Assembly (NCBI GenBank): GCA_036561505.1
Contig: DATBPE010000176.1
Location: 1,941 to 65,940, forward strand
Direction of reading: 5' to 3'
Origin: Solirubrobacteraceae bacterium
GTDB lineage: Bacteria > Actinomycetota > Thermoleophilia > Solirubrobacterales > Solirubrobacteraceae
DNA: 64,000 nt
Part shown: positions 56,608-64,000 of the stretch, one piece after another
Numbering within the stretch: the stretch's first letter is position 1
Layout of the letters: each line of letters starts with the position of its first letter
Translations under genes and position numbers: made by a program
The notes under the pieces: model-generated
The model's input: the letters and a program-made list of their open reading frames with translations, nothing else
What the model was told of the DNA's origin: nothing
Database searches by the model: none

Positions 56608-58013
56608 TCGACTGGACAGCGCAGCGACTGGCGCGAGCCGCCGGCGCACGGCTTCAGGACGAGGGCCGGCGGGGCACCGGCGCCGGCCCGGCACGCGTTG
56701 TGATCGACTCGCGCGAGGTGCGCGACGGGGACCTCTTCATCGGGCTGCCCGGAAGCCGCGAGGACGGCGGCGCCCACATCTCCGCCGCCTTGGAAGCCGG
56801 CGCCTGGGGGGTCCTGGCGGGCGAGCGCCACACCAGTGCGCTCGAGGAGCCTTCGCCCGGCGCCGTGCTCGTCCACCCCGACCCGCTGGCCGCGCTGCAG
56901 TCGCTCGCCAGGGCATGGCGGGCACAGCTCTCCCAAGCCGGCGCTCAGGTGATCGCCGTCACCGGGTCCAGCGGAAAGACATCGACCAAGGACATCCTCG
57001 CGGCGCTCGCATCCACCCAAAAGCGGACTTTCGCGAGCCCCGAGAACTTCAACACCGAGATCGGGTTGCCGCTGGCGATACTCGCCGCTCCGGCGGGGAC
57101 AGAGGTGCTCGTACTCGAGATGGCGATGCGCGGCGCCGGGCAGATCGCGCAGCTGACCGAGATCGCCAAACCGCAGGTGGGGGTGATCGTCAACGTCGGC
57201 CCGGTGCATCTGGAGCTGCTCGGGTCCCTGCAGGCGATCGCCGCCGCCAAGGCCGAGCTGATCGCCGGGATGGCCCCGGGCGCCACCATCGTGCTACCGG
57301 CGCACGAGCCGCTGCTTGACCCGCACCGCCGCTCCGATTTGAAGCTCATCACCTTCGGTGAGGGCGGCGATGTGTCACTGAACGGGCAAGCGCCCGACGG
57401 ATCGATCGCCATCCGCCACAGCGAGGATCCGATCACGCTGCGGCCATCGTTCTCCCAGTCGCATAATCTGCTGAACCTGCTCGCCGCCGTCGCGGCCGTG
57501 CGGGCCCTTTCAATCACACCGGCCGGGGAGCTGAACGTGAACTTCAGTGCCCTGCGCGGAGAGCGGATCGCCCTGGATAAAGGAGTGCTGCTGATCAATG
57601 ACTGCTACAACGCCAACCCGATTTCGATGCGGGCCGCGCTCGAGGATCTCGTCGCGGTCGCTCCCGGGCGGCGTGTCGCGGTGCTCGGCGACATGCTCGA
57701 GCTGGGCGAGCAGTCCGCCGGGTTTCACCTCCAGATCGCCGGATACGCGGCGGCCCTCGGGGTCGAGCTGCTGGTGAGCGTCGGGGCGCTGTCAGCCGGG
57801 ATGCGCGCGGGCTTCCACGGCGAGTTTCACAGCGCCAAGGACGCCGCCGCGGCCGCCGTGCTGCTCGACGGCCTGCTGCGTGCGGGCGACACCGTGCTCC
57901 TCAAGGGATCACGCGGTGTCGGCCTCGAGCTGATCGCCGAGCGACTGGCGGGCTCGCGCTCGCCCGCCGGCGATTCCCTGGTTGGGTCGCATGCCACCGG
58001 GGGCCACGGCTGA
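56604..58013 (+). CDS. murF: UDP-MurNAc-tripeptide--D-Ala-D-Ala ligase MurF
   Basis: TGSSGKTSTK, NFNTEIGLP, NDCYNANP, LGDMLELG and LKGSRG motifs. Confidence 0.96.
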   Translation: MIDWTAQRLARAAGARLQDEGRRGTGAGPARVVIDSREVRDGDLFIGLPGSREDGGAHISAALEAGAWGVLAGERHTSALEEPSPGAVLVHPDPLAALQSLARAWRAQLSQAGAQVIAVTGSSGKTSTKDILAALASTQKRTFASPENFNTEIGLPLAILAAPAGTEVLVLEMAMRGAGQIAQLTEIAKPQVGVIVNVGPVHLELLGSLQAIAAAKAELIAGMAPGATIVLPAHEPLLDPHRRSDLKLITFGEGGDVSLNGQAPDGSIAIRHSEDPITLRPSFSQSHNLLNLLAAVAAVRALSITPAGELNVNFSALRGERIALDKGVLLINDCYNANPISMRAALEDLVAVAPGRRVAVLGDMLELGEQSAGFHLQIAGYAAALGVELLVSVGALSAGMRAGFHGEFHSAKDAAAAAVLLDGLLRAGDTVLLKGSRGVGLELIAERLAGSRSPAGDSLVGSHATGGHG

Positions 58014-58996
58014 TGGGCCGCATTCTGATCGGCGGGACCGCGGCGCTACTCATCTGCATCTTCCTCAGCCCCAAGTTCATCGAGTTCCTGCGCAAGCGCG
58101 AGTTCGGCCAGCACATCCGTGAGGAGGGCCCCGAGGCCCACCGCCACAAGGCCGGCACCCCGACGATGGGCGGGATCATCATCTTCCTCGCCGTCTCGAT
58201 CCCGTTTCTGATCCTCACCCACTACGAATGGCGCGCGCTCGGCGTGTTCGGCACCGCGATCGCATGCGCGCTGCTGGGCTTCGCCGATGACTACACCAAG
58301 CTCGTGCGGCGCCGCTCACTCGGGCTGCGTGGCCGCACCAAGCTCGCCATCACAATCGCGATCTCGCTGGGACTGTGGCTCGTGGCCACGAAGGGCGCGC
58401 ATCTGACGAGCACCCTGCAACTGCGAGTGATCGACTACCACGTCGAACTGAAGTGGCTGTATCCGGTGTTGATCTACTTCGTCGTGGCCGGCACCACGAG
58501 CTCGGTGAACCTCACCGACGGGCTGGACGGTCTCGCCGCCGGCTGTGCGGCGATCGTGCTGCTCGCCTACGTCGGGATCACCTTCATCACCAACCAGTTC
58601 GACCCCTCCAACCTCGACCTCTCGATGCTGGCGGGCTGCCTGGTCGGCGCGTGCATCGGCTTTCTGTGGTTCAACGCGTTCCCAGCAACGGTGTTCATGG
58701 GCGATACCGGTGCGCTCGGACTCGGTGGAGCGATCGCCGGGCTGGCTGTGATGACCAAGACCGAGGTGCTGCTGATCCTGCTCGGCGGGATCTTCGTGAT
58801 CGAGGCGCTGTCGGTGGCGATCCAGGTGATCTACTTTCAGTGGCGCCACAAGCGCGTCTTCTTGATGGCCCCGATCCACCACCACTTCGAGCTGCGGGGC
58901 TGGTCTGAGACCAAGATCATCCTGCGCTTCTGGATCATCGCCTCGATCTGCTGCGCGATCGGTTTCACCATCTACCGCCAGAGCAGGGGCGTCTAG
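58013..58996 (+). CDS. mraY: Phospho-MurNAc-pentapeptide transferase MraY
   Basis: KAGTPTMGG, VNLTDGLDGL, FMGDTG and MAPIHHHFE motifs. Confidence 0.97.
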   Translation: MGRILIGGTAALLICIFLSPKFIEFLRKREFGQHIREEGPEAHRHKAGTPTMGGIIIFLAVSIPFLILTHYEWRALGVFGTAIACALLGFADDYTKLVRRRSLGLRGRTKLAITIAISLGLWLVATKGAHLTSTLQLRVIDYHVELKWLYPVLIYFVVAGTTSSVNLTDGLDGLAAGCAAIVLLAYVGITFITNQFDPSNLDLSMLAGCLVGACIGFLWFNAFPATVFMGDTGALGLGGAIAGLAVMTKTEVLLILLGGIFVIEALSVAIQVIYFQWRHKRVFLMAPIHHHFELRGWSETKIILRFWIIASICCAIGFTIYRQSRGV

Positions 58997-59049
58997 ACAG
59001 TGGCCAGGCGCTCCCGCGCGCCGGTCCTCAGGCGTGCCCAACAAGAGCG

Positions 59050-60375
59050 ATGAAGCCCCGCCCGCCGCTGCCCGCCGGGCCATATCTGATCCTCGGGCTG
59101 GCGCGCTCGGGGGTAGCGGCCGCCGCCGCGCTCGCAGCCGGTGGGGCGCGTGTGGTGGGCGTCGACGCGGGCGCCCCGCGACAGGCCGCAGAGCTCGACC
59201 AAAGCCCGGTCGAATACCACCTGGAAAACGACGGTCTGGATCTACTGGAGGGGATCCGCACCGTTGTCAAGAGCCCCGGTGTGCCGCAGGACGCGCCCGT
59301 GCTTGGCGCTGCACGGGCACGGGGGCTGAGGATCCTCGGTGAGCTCGAGCTGGCATGGCGGATACTCCCCAACGAGTTCATCGCGGTTACCGCCACCAAC
59401 GGCAAGACCACCACCGTTGAGCTGATCGGGCAGATTCACCGCGACGCCGGGCTGCCGGTCGCCGTCGCCGGCAACGTCGGGACGGCGCTCAGCACACTGG
59501 TGGGGGAGATCGACCCCGAAGTGACGGTGGTGTGCGAGGCCTCCTCCTTTCAACTCGAGGACACGCTGGCGTTCGCGCCCGAGGCGGCGGTGCTGCTGAA
59601 CATCCAACCCGACCACCTGGATCGTCACGGCACGTTCGAGGACTACCGGCGGGCAAAGCTTCGGATATTCGACTTCCAGGACAGCGACGACCTGGCGGTG
59701 CTTCCCAGCAACGACGCTCTGGGGGAGATCGGAGGCGACGGCCGCCGGGTGCTGTTCGGCGATCTGCCCGAAGCGCTCCTGTGCGAGCGAGACGGCGCGC
59801 TGTGGTGGCGGGCCGAGCACCTGCTCGAGGTAAATGAGATCCGCCTGCCAGGCGCACACAACCTCCAGAACGCGATGGCCGCGGCCGCCGTGTGCCTGGA
59901 TCGTGGAGTACCGGCGCAGGCGGTGCGCAGCGCGCTGCGCAGCTTCCCCGGGGTCGCTCACCGCCTGGAGGAGATCGCTCGCCCCGGCGGGGTGATCTAC
60001 GTCAACGACTCAAAGGCCACCAACATCGCCAGCACACTCGTGGCGTTGCGGTCCTTCCCAGACGCGCAAGTGCATTTGATCCTCGGCGGCCAGGGCAAGG
60101 GCCAGGACTTCACCGAACTGCGCGAGCCGCTCGCCGAGTACTGCCGGGCGGTCTATTTGATCGGGGAAGACGCCCCTGCGATAGCGGCGGCGTTGCAAGG
60201 CACAGCCGCCCAAATCCACAGCTGTGAGGCCCTCGAGAAAGCCGTCCACGAGGCGCACAGCCAAGCCCAAACGGGTGAGATCGTGCTGCTCTCCCCGGCC
60301 TGCGCGAGCTTTGATCAATTCACCGACTTCCAGGCCCGTGGCGAGCGCTTCAAGGCGCTGGTGCTGGCCCTCTGA
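59050..60375 (+). CDS. murD: UDP-MurNAc-L-Ala--D-Glu ligase MurD
   Basis: GLARSG, KSPGVP, TNGKTTT, EASSFQL, DHLDRH, NDSKATN and LSPACASFDQF motifs. Confidence 0.96.
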   Translation: MKPRPPLPAGPYLILGLARSGVAAAAALAAGGARVVGVDAGAPRQAAELDQSPVEYHLENDGLDLLEGIRTVVKSPGVPQDAPVLGAARARGLRILGELELAWRILPNEFIAVTATNGKTTTVELIGQIHRDAGLPVAVAGNVGTALSTLVGEIDPEVTVVCEASSFQLEDTLAFAPEAAVLLNIQPDHLDRHGTFEDYRRAKLRIFDFQDSDDLAVLPSNDALGEIGGDGRRVLFGDLPEALLCERDGALWWRAEHLLEVNEIRLPGAHNLQNAMAAAAVCLDRGVPAQAVRSALRSFPGVAHRLEEIARPGGVIYVNDSKATNIASTLVALRSFPDAQVHLILGGQGKGQDFTELREPLAEYCRAVYLIGEDAPAIAAALQGTAAQIHSCEALEKAVHEAHSQAQTGEIVLLSPACASFDQFTDFQARGERFKALVLAL

Positions 60376-60426
60376 TCGCGGTCTTCGCCAGCCCGAGCGG
60401 CGTGGGCGAGTGTCGGCGAAAACTGC

Positions 60427-61869
60427 TCACGCCCCAGAGCACATCGGATCTGCCACGACGGTCGCGGACAGAGGCGGTGCCGGTGCCTCACACAGCGGCG
60501 AGGAGACGCGAACGACGGTGTGTGCCTCTTCGCCTTCGGGTCTGCTCGCCCAGGCAACACTCCACGGAGGCGAGTTCTGCGGCCAGTGACCGCTGAGGTT
60601 GAATGTCGGTAGTGCGCTGAGGACGTGCTCGCTTGGGGATATCTGCTCTGGCGGACCAAACCGCCCGGTCGTGGGCAGGCGTGTCGCCGCGAACACGTTG
60701 CCGCTGTCATAGCCGGGCGGCTGCTCGCTGATCCAGGTCACGATCGCGCCACTTGGCGAGGCGGCCGCCGCGATGTCGCTCGCCAGCTGGTCGGTGGCGG
60801 AGATCGACTGCGGCGCGGCGAACCCCAAGCCGCTTGGATAGGCGGCCTCGACTACGGCGCTCGAGACCGGTGGTAGTCCCGACGGCGTCGCTGCGGCGCC
60901 CAAAAACAGGACCATCGGAGCCTGGCCGTGAACGCTGAGGACGATCGGGGCGAGGCTCGTGCCCGATGGTGCGCCCGTGAGACCGAGCGGGTCACGCTCG
61001 AGCAGCCGCGCAGGGCGAAAGCGCGAGGCGCCGGGGGGCTTCACAGCGACCCGGGTGAAGCCCGGAGACTCGCATCCTCCCTCGCACAGCTGGGTGTCAT
61101 ACCAGGCCAGAACAACGCGACCGTCCGCCCCGACGAAGGGCGTCACGTCGTTCTCGCTGCCACGTGCGCCTGCCCCCAGATTCTCGAGTGCCCCCCAGCG
61201 GCGGCCGTGACGGCGGACACGGGCGAGCATCCGCCCCCGCTTGCTCGGGAAGGCGATCACCAGGTCCCCCTGTGGGCCGGCGGCGGCGCTCACCTGCTCC
61301 GGGTCCTCTCCACCGGAGATGAGCCGCGGGCGCCCAAAGTGCCCACCCGGTGCTCGTACGCTCGCCCACACCGTACGCTGCCCGCCGTTACGGTCGGCTG
61401 CGATCCAGGCCAGCAGCAGTTCACCGCGGGCGTTGCCGGCCAGGCTTGCTCTGCCCACGAACACAGACGCGCCCGGGATCGACATGGGCGAGCCGAAGTC
61501 GCCGGCCACGCCGCCCAGAACGACCATCGGTCTGCTCGTGTTAGCACCGCTGGGCATCAACATAAGCCGCGCGAGACGGCCAGCGCCCAGATCGACCATC
61601 GCCGCGTTCGCATTGCTGGGCGCAAGCCGCCGTTCAGCCCCGAACGCCCCGCCCGCGGGCGCGAGCGCATACCCCGACCCGGGGGTTGTAAAGGTCCCCT
61701 TCCCGCGGATCAAATCCCAGTAATTCCAGGACACCAAATCGCCCGGCGCACCCGATGTGAGCTGTAGGTCGTCGATCTGATCGTGCGGCGCGGAGACCGT
61801 CACCGGCGCCAGCCAGTTCGCCCGCGCACCAGGGGCAAAACATGCCGCCAGGACGAGCACAGCCGCCAT
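60427..61869 (-). CDS. Hypothetical secreted protein with loosely repeated beta-rich units
   Basis: Signal peptide MAAVLVLAACFAPGARA; recurring FG.P..IS and hydrophobic-W motifs. The ORF is open from 61956. Confidence 0.6.
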   Translation of the reverse strand: MAAVLVLAACFAPGARANWLAPVTVSAPHDQIDDLQLTSGAPGDLVSWNYWDLIRGKGTFTTPGSGYALAPAGGAFGAERRLAPSNANAAMVDLGAGRLARLMLMPSGANTSRPMVVLGGVAGDFGSPMSIPGASVFVGRASLAGNARGELLLAWIAADRNGGQRTVWASVRAPGGHFGRPRLISGGEDPEQVSAAAGPQGDLVIAFPSKRGRMLARVRRHGRRWGALENLGAGARGSENDVTPFVGADGRVVLAWYDTQLCEGGCESPGFTRVAVKPPGASRFRPARLLERDPLGLTGAPSGTSLAPIVLSVHGQAPMVLFLGAAATPSGLPPVSSAVVEAAYPSGLGFAAPQSISATDQLASDIAAAASPSGAIVTWISEQPPGYDSGNVFAATRLPTTGRFGPPEQISPSEHVLSALPTFNLSGHWPQNSPPWSVAWASRPEGEEAHTVVRVSSPLCEAPAPPLSATVVADPMCSGA

Positions 61870-62309
61870 GGCGAGGGATCGGCACGCTGAGGAGTTCAGG
61901 CGGTGTGCGTCGCGCAGGTCGCTTCTATGCAGGCGAGACATAGGAGTTATGGGCATATCGTGTGCTCTAACACTGGTCGCGGCGAGATGGAGCTATGGCC
62001 TGTTGTTCGCGCCGCCGCGGCAGCGTGTCGAGCGACGAGCCCAGATCGGTTACGCAGAGCCGACCTAGCCATCGCCGGTCGACCGCGTCCGCCCAGTTCA
62101 CCAAAGCCGCAATGTGCCTATTTGCTCCTGGTTGGGCATAGCTCCTCGTTGCCTTCAGCAACGCAAGACCACCTCTCCAGTGAACGCGGTATCCGTTACG
62201 GCTGCGTGCTAACGCAGACATCGTTCGCGCCGGCTTCTCTCCCCGAAGTTAATAAGCGCCGTGACCCGGGTATCTCTCAATTGCATCCTAAGGCAGAGAG
62301 GACCCTCGC

Positions 62310-64000
62310 ATGACCGTACGCGTGCTTGTAATCGCTATGAGTTGCCTCATGCTCGGCGCGGCACAGGCACTCGCCGATCCGACTCCGTTTGGCAAGCTGC
62401 CATGTACCAGCGGCGGTATCGAAGGCAAAGCGCGACTCTGCGCGGGCGATGGCGAAAGCACGAGAATCTCCTCCTGGGATGGCGTGCCGCTGGACGTCGA
62501 CGTCACCCTGCCGCCGACAAGCGACGGGCCGGGACCGTATCCAACGATCGTGATGCTGCACGGATATGGGGGCAGCAAGACCGAGTTCGAGTCGACCACC
62601 GCGGCCGGGTCCGAACCGGAGACCTACGACTACAACAACGACTACTACTCGCAGCACGGCTACGCGGTCGTCAACTACACCGCCCGCGGCTTCGGTAACT
62701 CCTGCGGTGGTCAGGCCGGTCTACCGAGTAAAGCGACGCTGACGAACGCCACGTGTCTTGCGCACGGCTTCATTCACCTCGCCGACGAGCGCTACGAAGC
62801 ACGCGACACCCAGTATCTGCTTGGGCTGCTGGTCGACGAAGGGATCTCAGATCCGCACGAGCTGGGAGTCACAGGCCTCTCCTACGGAGGCGGCCAGAGC
62901 ATCGAGCTTGCCTACCTGCGCGACCGGATCCGGTGTGCGGGGTCAGAAGACCTCTACGCGGGGGTGGGCACAGACCCCTGCGCCGAACAGCCGACGGGTG
63001 CAATGGTGCCCTGGAGTTCGCCCGCCGGAGTGCCGCTGTCGATTACTGCGGCATATGCACGCTGGCCCTGGTCTGACCTGGCATCCGCGCTCGTGCCCAA
63101 CGGACGCTTCCTGGACTACGACAACGCGACCGATGGCCAGGACGGATCGAGCTCGAGTGAATCCCCGATCGGGGTACCGATCCAGAGCTACATCGACGGT
63201 CTCTACGCCGAGGGCGCCGCGTCGGGTTACTACGAGCCCCCAAGCGGCAACCCAGAATGGAACCTGACCAAGGACTTCGTGCTGATCGCCGCCGGAGAAC
63301 CGGAGAACTCCGAAGATCAGGAAGTGATCAACGACATCGCCGCCTACCACGGCGGATATGGCATCTCGGGAACGCCTGCCGCACTGCTGATGGAGTCCGG
63401 CTGGAGCGATGATCTGTTCCCGCCCGCACAGTCCCTTCGCGTCTATAGCAGCGTGCTCCAGCATCAACCCAACGCAGACATCGCGCTGCAGTTTGGTGAC
63501 GTCGGCCACAGCCGAGGCTCAAACAAGCCACGAGTCAACGAATACTTCAACGACCAGGCGGCGGCGTTCTTTTCCCAGAAGCTCAGAGGTGTAACCGAAG
63601 AAGTGAGCGCTGCGGCGGGCATAGCGCAGGCGCCCGCTGCGGGAAGCGTCACCACGTTCACAACCACCTGCCCGTCGAAGGGTGCCGCAGCGGCCGCGGA
63701 CGGTGGCCCCGATACCGCCGCCTCCTGGAAAGCGATCCAGCAGGGAGTCGTCGCATTCTCCTCATCAAAAGAACAGACGGTCATCAATCCCGGTGGAGGC
63801 CAAGCGCTCGGGCTGACCTTCGATCCGATTCTCCAGCAGGAGAACCCCTCGAGCGCCGGAGCGTGCAGCACCACAAATGCAGAAGAACCCACCGGCAGCG
63901 CCAGCTACAGCACGGAAAGTCAAGGATTCACGCTCATGGGCCTGCCGACCGTCATCGCCAACGTGTCGGTCAACGGCACCGCTGCTGGTGACGGACAGCT
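62310..64000 (+). CDS. Secreted CocE/NonD (peptidase S15)-like alpha/beta hydrolase, truncated by the window end
   Basis: Absent from the ORF track because it has no stop in the window. Hand translation: MTVRVLVIAMSCLMLGAAQALA...SWDGVPLDVDVTLP...MLHGYGGSK...GYAVVNYTARGFG...GVTGLSYGGG. GAGAGG RBS. Confidence 0.85.
   Translation, partial: MTVRVLVIAMSCLMLGAAQALADPTPFGKLPCTSGGIEGKARLCAGDGESTRISSWDGVPLDVDVTLPPTSDGPGPYPTIVMLHGYGGSKTEFESTTAAGSEPETYDYNNDYYSQHGYAVVNYTARGFGNSCGGQAGLPSKATLTNATCLAHGFIHLADERYEARDTQYLLGLLVDEGISDPHELGVTGLSYGGGQSIELAYLRDRIRCAGSEDLYAGVGTDPCAEQPTGAMVPWSSPAGVPLSITAAYARWPWSDLASALVPNGRFLDYDNATDGQDGSSSSESPIGVPIQSYIDGLYAEGAASGYYEPPSGNPEWNLTKDFVLIAAGEPENSEDQEVINDIAAYHGGYGISGTPAALLMESGWSDDLFPPAQSLRVYSSVLQHQPNADIALQFGDVGHSRGSNKPRVNEYFNDQAAAFFSQKLRGVTEEVSAAAGIAQAPAAGSVTTFTTTCPSKGAAAAADGGPDTAASWKAIQQGVVAFSSSKEQTVINPGGGQALGLTFDPILQQENPSSAGACSTTNAEEPTGSASYSTESQGFTLMGLPTVIANVSVNGTAAGDGQ

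Overview
High-GC actinobacterial chromosomal DNA. Gene content resembles Thermoleophilia/Solirubrobacterales, which is an inference. In order: a cupin/cysteine-dioxygenase-like gene, an MFS exporter, a channel-like protein, an HxlR regulator and lon; then three tandem, translationally coupled ~880-1000 aa proteins built almost entirely from an unfamiliar Trp-rich 34-35 aa helical repeat (about 77 units, each protein ending in a half repeat); a YihY gene; a sigma factor heading a Gram-positive T4SS-like operon (TcpC/VirB2/TcpE/VirB4/VirB6-like) with no relaxase, coupling protein or integrase; a ferredoxin reductase; a cobalamin riboswitch controlling an ECF uptake operon with DUF4430-like proteins and an S-component fused to an alpha/alpha toroid; PAP2 and PduO genes; pntAA-pntAB-pntB; glpD; a degenerate Rho paralog; two APC-USP permease paralogs flanking a KdpDE-like pair; a lipoprotein; and the dcw cluster (mraZ to murD), followed by two unrelated secreted proteins instead of ftsW. 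The best candidate for an undescribed system is the triple repeat-protein locus (6558-15141), possibly linked to the adjacent orphan T4SS. All calls come from reading motifs by eye; no searches were run.
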